Below, one piece after another: positions 29,904-43,216 of a stretch of 64,000 nucleotides of DNA; position 1 is the stretch's first letter, and each line of letters opens with the position of its first letter. Both the position numbers and the translations under genes were made by a program. The notes beneath the pieces are model-generated. The model saw only the letters and a list, made by a program, of their open reading frames with translations, was not told the DNA's origin and made no database searches. The stretch is from Bigelowiella natans CCMP2755 (taxonomy: Eukaryota; Protista; Cercozoa), in contig ADNK01000532.1 in NCBI GenBank assembly GCA_000320545.1, forward strand, positions 1-64,000, given 5' to 3'.

Positions 29904-31892
29904 CATATAAGTGCCACGGGTGCGGATGACGATGACGACGGTGATGATGGTGATGACGATGACGATGATAATGGGTGAGGGTGCTAGATTGACGATCTAT
30001 GTAGTAACTGCTGCTGCTGTCCCTGCTGTCGCCCCTTCTTCCCTACGTACGCACGCACCTCAAAGATGAAGTTGGAGATTATGCGTTCTATCGGAATGTC
30101 CGAGGGAGATAAAGAGATGCGGTACAGCTCCTTCATTACCTACCAAGAGGAGGGGGCAGGGAGGAGGGGGGAGGGGGGAGGGGGGAGCGAGGGATCATTT
30201 TGGCCCCAAGTTTTTTGTTGTTGTCGGGGAAGGGCGCATGATATCTCTCGCGATTGGAATGGCAAGCAACCCGGTGGGATCATTCACATGGATAACAGTG
30301 CATTCGCCCTTCTTTTTATAAAGAAAATTGGCGTCATGTTGCGAATACAGTTATCATCATCATCATCATCATCATCATCGTCGTCTTTGTCGTCTCTTTT
30401 GCGAGGTGTTTGGCGCTGATCGTACCTCCAGGAACTGAGGGAAGAATGGATACGAGGAAACTAGACACAGGCCCTTCGGCTCAAACAACGCCTTGGCCTC
30501 TTTGGAGAGAAGCCGTGATATACCAACCTCGGCCTGAATACGACGAGGATGATGATGATGATGATGATGATGATGGTGGTGATGGTGATGGTGATGATGA
30601 TGATGACGACAATTGAATCCTGTCTTTGCATCGCCTATGCTCCTCGCACACGTACCTGGCACATGTCAATTTCCGGGGCTGCGATGTTGTGGTCGCTGCT
30701 ATTGACTCTGAAACTACCGCGTGTGCTCCGTGTGCTTCCTGTCCCATCGTCCTCATCATCGTCGTCACCGAAATCCTCTTTGAGAACAGAGATACGGAAA
30801 GTATGTGTTAGTAAGGACTACCCAGTCCGCCTAGTTGACCCTCCCCTTCTTAGTGATACTCATCGTTTCAAACAACTATTTTACCTGATCCTGGACTTCT
30901 CTCCCCTTTAGCCATGGCTGCTGACTTGGTGCGTTGGTACTTTGCTTTCTCTTCCAAATATTTATTCAAACCTGCCCGAGTTGTGGCTCTTACCGGCTCC
31001 GTAAATCGGAGCACGCATCCATACCTATGATATATGTAATGCTCTGTCTCTGCGCGTCTATCGGTGCTGTCGTTGGCGCGTGCGTGTTTGTGTGTGCTTT
31101 CATCTCTGGCAAGAGACGGTGCACATCGTGAGAGCAAATAGTCGTTGTTGGATCAAGAGAGGATACTTACAGCTTTGTCCCGTTTGCAATAGTCGAGACG
31201 AAATAGTGGCAAGTCGGAAGTTCAGCCCGTTCCTGTGATGGACGACGAGAAGAGAGGAAAAGGGGTTGAGAGCAACCAAGGTGAAGAGGAAAGAAATAGA
31301 GGGAGGGAGGTGAGGTGTATTACATCTTATAGGTTCATACCGCAGAGGTTTATTCTCATTGTCACTCACCGTAAGTCTTATTCCGTTTGGAAAACAGAAC
31401 ATCTCTATCCCTGGGGGGAGAGCCTGGTCCTGACAACATCACAGAAACGACGACGACGCAAGCAAGACGCCGATGATTCAATCTCGCGTTCATAAAAAAG
31501 ATGTGAAGGAAATACGGAACGACGTGTAAACTGTCATCATCATCATTTCCACCACCATCACCATGCGAACCTTGTGATCTTGCCTGGGGAATCTGTCCAT
31601 CACTTCGGGTTTGAAGTATGTACCAGTCACCCCTGCCATTCTTCGCCGCTAAATAAAAGTAATCTTAGTACTAGTCACAGGGAGACGAAATACAACAAGA
31701 TATTTTGGCTCGCCCAGGTGAGTAGGTTGCTATGTTCTCGTGCGTGTGGATGCGCAAAACAAATTCCGGGGAAAAGTATTTATCTGATCTTAATACCTCA
31801 TAGAGTGGTTTGAACTTCTGGGTCGGAAGACCGACTATCAGGAAGTAGTCAGCCACCCGATTTGGGCCAGCGGCTACTGTCTGTGCCGACAT
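24079..31892 (-). CDS. DENND4-like Rab GEF (uDENN-DENN-dDENN, PPR-like repeat, C-terminal CxxC..CxxC module), many introns
   Basis: RVADYFLIVG; MFCFPNG; YGCVLRFTE; LFEPKGLCLVSSYPFF; YPFQWSNVYIPLLP..FINAPMPFLIG; FHCMIDACAH..GFVPT (PPR-like); CPECG..DVDIRAGWS..CPNC..EYLSPLVLKKEM..LFWNLLWHF..LP, typical of the DENND4/Crag C-terminus. Confidence 0.92.
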
Positions 31893-32327
31893 GATGCTGC
31901 TGCGTTGTTCTAAATCAGCCCTACCAAGAAATGTTCACCGCATCATCACAACAAACCATTCAGCTTTGATGACCAACACAATAGAGCCAATTGCATACAC
32001 ACCCCTAATCTAAGGAATAGTTAAACTTAATTAAGCATCTTAACTGGAAAGATAGAAGAAAAAAAAAGAAAGAAACTGGCCCATTACGGCGCTGCCCTTC
32101 CGCGGTCGGGGTGTTCGTGATGTCATTCAAGGGGGGGGAAATCAACCTGTGTCATTATGTAGCTTTTTCAACCCGTTATGCGCTTTCGTCCACGTTCCTC
32201 TTCCAAATGCCGCTCCCCGCTTTCGGAAATGGATCTGCGGGGTGGCAATGTTGCTCCTCCCTTGTTCCTTCTCAAGGACGTGAGGAGCGAAGGTGGGGAC
32301 GTATAGAATGAGCTCTAAGCAACCTTC

Positions 32328-33785
32328 ATGGCCAAAGGGCCATATTTCATGTCGTTCAAAGGAAACCCTTGCCATTCCCTCTTAGAGTCATGTCGATCAT
32401 CAAGTCGCACCAATTTGACAACCGTGTCGTTCCCTGTTATCCAGCACATATCTATCTCATGGCGCAGCAGCTACCGCGAGAACTGTTTCCATTTTCGCTC
32501 TGCGACAAAGCGAGGTGAGAGGAAGTCGGAGATTTCCAGAGACTCTCAGAGTGTGTTCTCGCCAACGGGATCCCGGTGCTCTTGACCTCAAAACTCCTCT
32601 CACATCTACATTTTAGAGGGCTATGTTATTCAAGACGTCGTTGAACTTCCCTACTTCTGTGTTCTAATTCTAGTGCACAAGCTATTTCCCACCATAAAGC
32701 TCTTCCAGGTGAATCAAGGTGATATTACCCCAATCCATCAAATTTGCTTCTTTCCGACGCCACAGTTTTCTGGGATTGGTACGCATCCGGTCTTAATACT
32801 ACCTCTCGAACACAAAACTAGAGGACTCTCAGAGCACAGTGCCATGGGGGTCGGCACCTGCGTAACACGGGCTGACACCGAAACTACGAGTCCACGAGTA
32901 GAAGAGAGGTATTTGGAAATGGATCCGATAATCATACACCTGAAGTTCGCTTGTGCTCATTTTCTTCAGAGATACTTCCTTCATCAGCGACCTGAATCCT
33001 AAAGAAAACGAGGTTCTACTATTGATTTTTTTCAAATGTTCTTCGGTTATGAATGGTTCTTCCTCTCCTGTGATTATTTAAGGTATCACTTTTCTCACAT
33101 ATCATGATCCTTTTAGGCTGACGAAATTAAGAAGACCGATAGAGATAATTTCATGTTTCTCTATCCAAAGTGCTGTACTCATTCACGGAAAGTTGTAAGC
33201 CCGCCTCCTATGGGCTACCACGACACTAATCTTGAAAATACGTTACAAATACCCGTTCCGGGGCACAGGCCGAACCAGCTCGATACTAGTAATGCAAGCC
33301 TTCAAACATTCGTTGCTGCCATGGAAGACGATGGCTTTACGGATGTTGAAGATGATGTGGCTGAAGAAACAGCAGCAAATAAGCAAGACATAGTGGATGG
33401 TTTGGGAAATTTGACTTCCCTTCTGCGAAACGGGGGAGATGGTCCTTCGCACAGTGGATGGATTCCTCGGCGGCCACAGCCTCGTTCAAGAGATGTTTCT
33501 ATTCTCTCCGGGAGTTACGGAGGTTCAGAATATTCAGACGATGATGCGACTCCCAGTGGACCTGTTCTGAAGTCCTCGCTGGTTAAAGCTGTAGCAGGGT
33601 CTCCGATGTGCACTCCAAAATCACGGCCCTCAAGTAATTCTCCTGTTGCAAGACGAAACTTGGATAGGGAAGCCAAACGGTTTTCGACCGTGGCAGGATC
33701 CTACAATGACAACACAATGACTTCGAAACAATCTGATACTCCGTCGTTGCCAGCTGGGTCAGTCATTACTGCATCCAACCAGTGA
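32328..33785 (+). CDS. Hypothetical protein, several short 5' exons plus a long S/P/D-rich terminal exon
   Basis: 210-aa ORF 33153-33785 and short GT-AG-bounded upstream exons (e.g. DTSFISDLNPKENE|ADEIKKTDRDNF). Start uncertain. Confidence 0.5.
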
Positions 33786-34655
33786 CAGTAAAATGAATCC
33801 AGTTCTATAAATGCACAAACTAGCTAATCAAGCATAGTGGATAACGTATGATTTCACAAGAATTTTCCCTGGTGCTCATAGGAGCACTTTTGCATTACAT
33901 CTCGACGGTAAAACGAGAGATGCGCACTTAGTTTTTATTAATGCTATTAAGACTGCCATACCATATCTATGGCCACAAACGATGTTTAATTCTTCTTTAC
34001 GATCAAGGCTAGGGCGCACGCAGCATATGTGATGAACGGATGCCGAATTGTGCGTGGTTAGTCGATTAGTTAGCAGCATGCTGTGAGACAGATAGCAACA
34101 TGCTTCTAGACATGTACGTCCGCATACATGTTCGCTGTAAAATATCCCAGAAAAAACATGCCTTTGGAACTACCTCGGGTTCTCTACTGTTTAGTTCTAG
34201 CTAACGCTATGGCTAGACCTGCTCCTGCTAGCCTGGCGGATCTATAAGATGGATGCTATGAACAAATTATTACATTTTTTCAACAGTCGTCCCAATGTAG
34301 CTGTGCAGACATGATGCACATCACGAGGCAACGCCATGCTAGCGCATGCATGTGACTAGATTAGCAGAGATCTAGATAATGTGCGTCAGGTCTTAGAACT
34401 ACACATGATGCACATCAACATCGTGTCTAGCTAACTAGCTAGCGACACGACCTCCATTTTGCAGCGCTTTCTAGCTTGCGCAGAAATTGTTATTAGCGTC
34501 ATGTCATACAGATGGAGAGACTGTTCTAGAAACGGGCCTTGCACTGGTGCAGCAAATCAGCAAAATGTCTAGTAAATGTTTATGTAAAGCATTGATCGAT
34601 TTAAATATTGCACATTTTCCGATTTAGCGCAATAGCTTACATCATTGTGTTTCTT

Positions 34656-36326
34656 TTACAGGACGAGGACACGAAGTTCGCCTTTCATAGTCACCACAGC
34701 TCCTCCTTTCAGCTCGACTCGGTCCTCATTCTATTAAAGCATCCAATCCAACATTCTACTCATACTTTGCGAAATCATATTTTTTTATCAGAGGTGTGAA
34801 AGAGTCTTGGCAATCTACCAGAATGTTCACTCTCACTGTACCGCCCCTTTTGGAGGCCTGGAACCCAGTCAAGTTTCCTAACGTTTTTACAACAAAGTTT
34901 TTCCATTCATCAACCTGTCTTTAGTTTCATGGAGCGTTATTTGTCCTCCCAAATTAAGTACGTTTGTTGCCAAGCTGGCTGCCCCAATACGGTCCTAAGG
35001 CACAATGGGCCGATCCTGTCACTGGATCTTCTGGAATTCCTAAGACAGATCGGTGATTGGGCAAAGATTTAGACTAGTAGGTTGTTTAACTTCATCAAGA
35101 AACATCGTGGGCAGATACCAAGCTGTGGCGCAAAAAACCTTGCCACCTGTATATATGTTACACCATACATTATAAGCTGGTAGCTCACATACGGCTGCAA
35201 TACGGAGCTGGGTGAAATTGGTTTGTGTGTGATCAGTAGGATACGTAGTCATTTGGAGAGGAGGCACGCGCGGTTATAGTGGTTCCCCTTCCTGTTTATC
35301 ATAGTCACAATTTTCCACCAAAGAGAATTGGACAAAAGTGAAAGGGATTCACACAATAGGCAGTTCTTTCACATTCTACTCGCATCTCAGATCAATTATG
35401 GAATACTCACGTCCAATGGCGGCGATTTTATCGAACATGGGCTGAAACTCTCGCACCTCCTTCTCTAAAATTGCATAACATTTACCGATTATCGAGATAG
35501 GGGAAGAGATGTGTAGATGGCAGATTTGAGACCTGATTCCAACTCGATGAAGTAGTCAAATTTTGTTCTCCCGACAAATTTCACGCCAACATCCTGCAGC
35601 ACAATCGGGAAAGAAAAGATACGCCTTTGATGCGCGTGGAAGATTAAAGATAAATAATTGATGTACCCCTAAACTTGATAGCACTCTTTCAATTTCGGAC
35701 TTATCTGTCAGCATCTCTACTGGCTGCGCGTGTAAGTATTACGAATTAGAACATACGAAAGAGGGCTCCCATCAAACCAAGCTTAAATTTAGCGAGAAAA
35801 CACATCATTTTTGGCCAAATGTTATCGTCTTTATCCACCATCCAATCATCGCCATCACCATCACCATCACCATCAACACTTACCTCAGAGGGAAATTCCA
35901 AGGTGAATAGGTCGTTTGACTTCTCTCCGGTGTCATCGCTGCAATGCATATTTCAGAATATCTTAAGTACGCGTACGGTTTCATTCTCGTTGCTGGTTGG
36001 CTACTGTATGCACGGTTGGTATGGTCATCTGTTTGCCATAGGGTGTGTTGTCTGTCAACCTTGCTGTGAGAATTCCAGAACGAGTTTGAAATTCAATCTT
36101 CTTCTCCTTACTGGCGAATCGCTCCTGAAACAACACCTGCCGAGCAGAGTAACTTTGGATCAGGACGGGCAGCATGTGAAGACACTCTCTTTTTTTTCCA
36201 CCTTTGCCGATGCCAAAGTAGCATGACCGCATAAGTCGACCTGGTGTTAGTTCCGAGATTACGAGAGGGAGGAGAAGACAAAGGAGAAAAGATAGATAGA
36301 TAAGTAGAGGAATGTATATACGTTTT

Positions 36327-36374
<48 letters not shown>

Positions 36375-36840
36375 TTTATGTATGCACCCACCTCGGCTAC
36401 TGGTGTGAACCATCGAAGTGAGAATTTGGAATCGTCATGTGTCAGCGGCGCAACAAAGGCAGTTTCAGCCTAGTTGCAAAAAGACAACGAATGAAAGTAG
36501 AAGATGTGAGAAATCACGTATAGGCTGACCTGGTTCATCTCCATCGCTACATTTTGCATCCAACGGGAGGACGCCTTTGTTCAACAACACAGCGATGATC
36601 AGTCATCAAAACAATCAGGTGTTAAGACTTTTTGCTGGAATTTTATACCGTAACATCGTCTGGAAGAAGACACACTGCTGCGGGATTGCCGTGAAAAGGT
36701 CCTTCCGTGAACGCATCCACAAGATAAATTGGTACGTGGTCGTGTCGTGGCCATTCGCACAGACTCGACAGCCAGCGCCTGCATCTACCAATCCGGCCTC
36801 CGCCCCAAGTTCCTCGAATTACGCGGCTTGAAAACAGCAT
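34656..36840 (-). CDS. PhzF-family (phenazine biosynthesis-like/PBLD) epimerase-fold protein with putative mitochondrial presequence
   Basis: PIYLVDAFTEGPFHGNPAAVC; WMQNVAMEMNQ|AETAFV; LRWFTPVAE|VDLCGHATLA; RFFAPQLG|IPEDPVTGSAHCALGPYW; FQASKRGG; RVELKGGAVVTMKGEL. Confidence 0.95.
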
Positions 36841-37021
36841 CCAGTAACGCTATGATCGTACAATTATATATTCTGAAATTATTCAACGGCGCTGGTTGGG
36901 GGACGGGCGGTAAAGGGGTTAGGGCGAGAAGAAGGGCACCACCTCGGTACAGCTGCAGACTGTATCTTGTTTCGCAAGTTCGAGTTTCCGAGAACGTCCA
37001 TTCGGAAGGAAAAGAAGAGAA

Positions 37022-37883
37022 CTATCCGAGGGGAAAACGATGATGCGACAACCACCAATATGTGTTGCCAACGATAATTCCCACGCCATTCGAAGAAGAG
37101 CGAAGTTCTGCTTTTCCCGCATTCGCTGCTGCATCCTTCTTGCTTTCCTGCCGCCGCTTCTCATGTTTGACAGCAGGTAGAATTACGGAAGAAAATCGCC
37201 TCAAATTGGCCTAAACGACACGCGTATAAGCGTGTCTTTGTGATGAAAACGCCTACAGGCTTTCGGAGCTTTGTAAAGGTCAAGCGGTCCTCGATGGCTC
37301 CGCCACAGTACTCCGGATTTGTGGCTTCTTCGGCACTGCCACTCCTTTTGCTCCTTTGCGTTGAGCCGACCAACGCGCGGAGAGGATTATTGCCGTATGG
37401 TTCCTTCACGAAGGTGGGGGTATTTTGCTTCGTGGAGAGTTTGTGGGAGCACGAGCTAGGATGTAGGGTACCACTAGGTGTCATAAGAATTTCTGATGCG
37501 ATGCACCTTAACCTCGTTATTTCACCAGAAATTTTGCTATGTTTTGCTCTATGATTTAATTTAAAAAAATATGGTTGGTTGCATTGCAGATCCTAGCTCG
37601 CACTGGAACACACGTGACCACAGCCCCTTTGAGACGATTCTTCATCAACGCTAAAACTTTCTCCAACGACTGCTATGAAGGTAATGGTTTCTCATCTCCA
37701 AATATCCGAGAAAATTCACCTTAAATGATATTCTGATGTGCTGCAGGGCGTCGCGATGAGTTGCCAAGAACTTCTACCGCAGCCTCAGTTGTCGTAAATG
37801 ATGATTCTATCATCTCCTCTATGCCGACAATGAAACGAGGTCTTCGTAGTTCGAAGAGGAATTGAGAGGGAGAGTGAGTCTGT

Positions 37884-37969
<86 letters not shown>

Positions 37970-38849
37970 ATTTAATATATGGCGAATGAGATACTCTGAT
38001 ACTATCTCATTACAGGCATGGAAATCCAAGTCGGAGAAACCGCAGTCACAATCCCATTCAGCAAGACCGCTGGAATGCGTATAGTAGGTAATAAACAGAA
38101 GTGATTTTCTCTTACCTATACACATGACCTCCTTTATTGTATCATTATTATTATCATCGCCTAATCATCATCATCATCATCATTATCATTATCTTTTTTG
38201 CGACTACCAGCTAAACTGGAGGAAGTGTATAGGCTCTTCGAAGACTTAGAAATCGAACGGCTGGAGGATAGCGACAGTGGATTCACGTGAGCACATAGCT
38301 ACTCCTAGAAAATATCACGATATCGCCTTGCCTAATACACAATATTCACGCCTACATGCTCCTGAGTGACCCCATATCTCTCAATCAGGGTTGAGAGTTT
38401 TATCCCTATTATGGCGATCCGAGAAGAAGTGGTAAAACGGCAAAACGGCAACAAGTCGTACATTTGCACACGTGTAATAAACTCTGACCTTGCACGTTCG
38501 CATATCTTTCTGACGTTATCACACTGGTTCTTGTTGGTTGTATTACCCACTAGGATTCTGGAAAGTACGGAACAGTCGAGCTTGAAATCACGTGCAACCC
38601 GAATCAGAAATCCTCTCCTGTCAATGCTAAGGTTCCTTTAATTCAGCACGCAAATGTTATCGTAGCATCTGGTATCAAGCCAGCTTTCCTTTCCCTGAAT
38701 ATTGTCCTCCTTGATCTGATATTCCCTCTCACAGGCGATGGTGAATGTACGGTATGGAGGCATGGTGCTCTCTGGCGAAACAAGTCTAGAGAACATTCGA
38801 GCTGACATATCAGCATACACCAACGACGCTGTCTTTTAACTCTGTTCAT
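37022..38849 (-). CDS. Hypothetical multi-exon protein
   Basis: Several coding-like minus-strand segments bounded by GT/AG (e.g. SGLAEWDCDCGFSDLDFHACNEIVSE; FELRRPRFIVGIEEMIESSF). No family recognised. Confidence 0.4.
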
Positions 38850-39710
38850 TGGATATAAGACAAATTATATGAGAACGTTTAAAGTTAACGTCTGATTAGA
38901 TTATGCAACGGTTCAGTCTTTCATAGTTAGAAAAAGCCACTTTGGTAACCCAACGATTGTAAATATATTGTAAATAGTGCAAGATGCTGGGGGGGCTTGT
39001 GGCTTAACCCCATCTTAATATTAACCAATACTCCGTTGATTGAGTTGGGATAGGACTAAATAACCAGGGCAGGAGAGACCATGCGTTGTAGTGGTTCTGA
39101 AGAGTATTGTAATGATTAAGAATAAACAAAAAATTGGAATGTCTGGTAGTGATACGAGTTTTAGCACAGCACAACACACTTCTAAGATCTTTGAGCAATT
39201 GCTACAAAGTTAGTTGTTATCTATTTTCCTCCTCATCTCTTTGCTATTATTCATTTCGGAAGCTAGATCTACTATTCAAGGTATAAAGGCATAGCACATA
39301 AACACCATAGGACCAACATGGACGAGCCAAATTATTGTGTCTCCACAAATGTTATATAAATGAAAAAAACAATGCAAAAGTTGACGTTTAACCTTCAAAC
39401 GCAAGAACTGTCAAGATGTTAGTAGTTCCCACTTTTTGTTCGCTGTAAACAAAGCACATGTCTAACTATGGACATTGTGTTGTCTAGATAAGCGCGGCTA
39501 CTAACTGTGCATCATTGAATGCGCCATGATGCATCAGCGTTGGTCATGATGCACGCAGCAAAAATGCACTGTGTCTGGTGCATCTGCTGTTTACGGACAG
39601 CAGTCAGTGTGCAAAAACGAGCAAAGCCATGAAGCATCCCTGCAAAAGCAGCTAGTTGTTCCAGCATTGTCAATTTCCAGCTCCAACGCAACATTGGTCA
39701 CCACCTTGTA

Positions 39711-40356
39711 CGCATCAAGCTGTGGCAAGTGTTGTGCGCTAGCCAGTGCGGGCGGCTGACGCGCACCGCACCACATGGCACGTGCTAGCGTGTGCAAATC
39801 CATGGTGGCACTGCAGCACTCCAGTGCCACAACCTTGCGCACTCATTTGCATTGCAGGTCAGCAGCTGCTAGCTTGGCATGGCGCCGCGTGATTTGACGT
39901 GAGAACGTGAACCCATCACGTTCAACGCGTGGCAACTGACGTTGGACTGGACGTCCACGTGCACGTTCACTTGACGAGTGAATGAGTGAACGAACGAAGT
40001 GATTCCAAGAGAGGATCAGAAAGGATCATTGGAGTGTGCCAACTCACCCACACCTCCTGCTAGCCTGGCCCTCTAGCCCTCCCTGAACCACACAAGGAAA
40101 ACTCAGGCTTCGCTTCACACCTGCAGGCTGCGAGCAGACAAGTGAGCCCACACAAGGACCAACCGATGGCGTCGCGCGTTCCACGAACAAATTTGCCGCA
40201 TTTTCAAGATTCAGGATTCAAGATTTGAGAATCGTGTCCATTCGACATTCCAACTCAACAGCAACCAAGCCGAACAAGGGTGTTGTCAATGCGTGTTGTC
40301 GAAGTTTTCCGTCCGAGGATCAGTGGCCCTCGAGGCAGCTGGGGCAGACAACTTGA
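39711..40356. other. TpA-depleted (CTAG-only) hypermutated tract 1
   Basis: Manual count: 5 TA in 646 bp, all in CTAG. CpG abundant. Confidence 0.9.
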
Positions 40357-40524
40357 TAGGAAATTGCATGGGGTTTTCTCCTTACGACAATCTCAATTTT
40401 ATTCTAGGACAAAAAATCCAAGTGCAACTTATCACATCGGAGTTACTCCTTACGTGTGGCACAATTACCAGGACACCTCTGCCTCGAGCTCAAGCTTCGT
40501 TGCTTCCAAGCTGCTGCAGCAGGG

Positions 40525-42553
40525 ATGCTATTGCTCCTGCAAGCTTTGGCCTTCCTCCTATGCGTCCCAGCGGCGCCTCATGCGAAGCCATCCGCAACGA
40601 AAGCGCAACCACCAAAGCGACGACAAGGTGCTGCTTTCTTTCCTGTGGTGTTGGGGGAAATGCGATTTCGCTGCTGGCGTTTTCTAAATTTTGTATGTAT
40701 TAGGGCGACGCCGCAAGGTCACAGACTATTGTATCATTGGTGCTGGACCAGCAGGTCTACAGATGGCCCACTTCATGCAACAGGCTGGAATGCAATACAT
40801 TGTATTCGAACAAAATTCCGTTCCAGGCAGCTTCTTCCTCAAATATCCACGACACCGAAAACTTATCTCCATCAACAAACGACACACAGGAAGAGAGGGC
40901 CAGTCTCCAGGAGGGAAAGATTTTAATCTAAGGCACGATTGGCACTCTCTATTGTCAGATGATGATAGCCTTCTGATGAAGCACTTCTCAAAAAAATTCT
41001 TCCCCGAGGCAGACGAGTATCTGAATTACATCAAAGCATTTGTCAACAAGACAAAGCCTTTGATAAAATATGACCACAAGGTTATCGGTATGAGGGAGAT
41101 GAAGTTAGAAGGTGGTGGCGATGGATACAAAATTATTATTGAGCACTTGGGCGCCAAAAAAAAGGAATACTGCAGGCGCCTCCTTCTAGCGACGGGGATG
41201 CATAAAGAAAACGTCCCGAATTGGCAGGGAATTGAGCTGACTGAAAGTTATGGCGAATATGAGATAGATCCAAGCTTGTACTCGAACAAGTCGGTTGGAG
41301 TTATAGGCGCTGGAAATTCAGCATATGAAGTTCTGGGTTCGCTGATGGACGAAGCAGCCTTTGTCTTTCAATTTGGAGAGAATAAGCGACTCGCCTGGGA
41401 AACGCATTATCCAGGAGACCTTCGCTCTGTGAATACCGTTCCTTTTGACAACTATCAGCTCAAGTCTCTGGATGTCTTATTTGTTAAGCCGTTTGAACTC
41501 GAGCACTTGGGATTTCGGGAAGAAGTAGATGGGGAAAGGAAAGTTTGTTTAGTGAACAGTGGAATGGAGAAAGAGATGGCCACGAAAGTCCTTTCAGAAT
41601 GGGGCAACAAAGTCGCGCCAGACCACACTCTCACAAATCGTGAAAGGTTTGAAAATCGCCAACGCCACTGCTTTGATCATATTATCCGCTGCACGGGATT
41701 CTCATTTGACACTTCAGTCCTGGGTAAACTAGCGGGTTCTTTACCACTTGACCACGGAAGGGACCACAAAAAGTTCCCTATAATATGGCCTTATTTCGAA
41801 TCAACTCGATTTGGCCACATGTTCTTCCTTGGCGTAAATGCACACTCAATAGACTATAAAGTGTCTTCCGGCGGGTTCCTTCATGGTTTCAGGTACATGA
41901 TTAGGAACCTATTCAACTTCCTTCGATGGAGATATCACGATGTTAAATGGCCTCACTCAAGACTTACCCTGGGAGGAGATTTGAGAGAAAAGTTTACTCA
42001 CCGGATGGACACCAGCTCAGCATTGTATCAAATGTTCAGCGTTCTCTGCGACGTTGCCGTGATCACATCACGAGATGGCGAGGCCACCGTAGACTATTTT
42101 TATGAGGTTGTAATGGTGGATGTGGCTGACTTCATCGAAAGAACATATGGGGAGGGAGTCAGGTACGAGTATCTCACTCTCACCATGGAGTACGCTCCAG
42201 AATTCCACGGGGAAAGGGTTTGGGAGCATCGAGACTACAACGATAATGACCCTGGGAAGGCACACACTACTCAATTCATACATCCAGTCGTTCGATACTT
42301 CAATCCGAAGGCAGAATCAGGAGGGCAACGACCTGAAGAGCCGCATGTACGAGTGAAGGATCCCGAACCGTTTGCTGTCTTGTATATGCTGGAAAACCTT
42401 CGATTTGACTACACGAATTATGTTCTCCACGTACGCCCTCTAGAAAAGTTCCTTGAACGAATAAGACAGCATCCACCCTCCGTTCCAGACGAGAGCCTAT
42501 TTACCGCCGAATCATGCACGTCGACTTTTGAAGGTGAAAATCCAGGGTCTTGA
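40525..42553 (+). CDS. FOXRED2: FOXRED2/ERFAD-like FAD-dependent oxidoreductase with signal peptide; exons 40525-40627, 40704-42553
   Basis: MLLLLQALAFLLCVPA signal; DYCIIGAGPAGLQM; KYPRHRKLISINK; NLRHDWHSLLS; VIGAGNSAYE; AWETHYPGDLRSVN..DNYQLKSLD; SSGGFLHGFRY; SSALYQMFSVLCDV. Confidence 0.93.
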
Positions 42554-43216
42554 AGCTCCGAGGGAAAATTGTAGGCGATTATATTTGCGATTATATTTGC
42601 AAAGACTGTGCGAATCGGAAGATTTAAACTGCATCGCTAGATCGGTGTGCATCTTTAGCGTTCTTCATTTAGACTTTATCATCAATTATCTAAGAAGTAT
42701 TGGCGCACACAAAAAGAAATAGCCAGTTTGCAACCACATGTTACGCACGTACGCTGCTCCTCTCTCGCTAGCCCTCTTGTTCGGTGACAGACGAATTAGT
42801 TTCGTTGCACAAATGTCCAAAGATGATGCGTGACGCCACATGAAGCTGTGGAGAGGCACTGAATGTAGTGTCACTAGCTGGCCCACAAAGAGGCGGCAGT
42901 TGCAGCGCAGAGATTGCACTTGCATGACACATCTAGCACATGAAACGGACGTGACTGGCGTGTCAAATATTTTCAATGATCATCCGATCCCAATGTAGCT
43001 GTGCACAGCTGAGAGCTTGCAAACAAATTGCATTCATTTGTCTCCGTTGTTGTGTCCATCATGAGTGTGCAAATGCATTTTGCCGCAGATGTATTTCGTG
43101 CTGCGCGTGCAATGTTACGCAGACTACATATAACATGTATTGCATGACTGAGTGTCTGGGTTAATGATCTGTGGTAGAGCTTAGATTAAGGAAAAACATC
43201 TTTGTGTTCGCACATC

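Noticed and set aside
40704-42553. Bacterial horizontal transfer suggested by the long uninterrupted flavoprotein exon
   Set aside because: It has a signal-peptide exon, a GT-AG intron and FOXRED2-type motifs. Nothing here requires HGT without a phylogeny.
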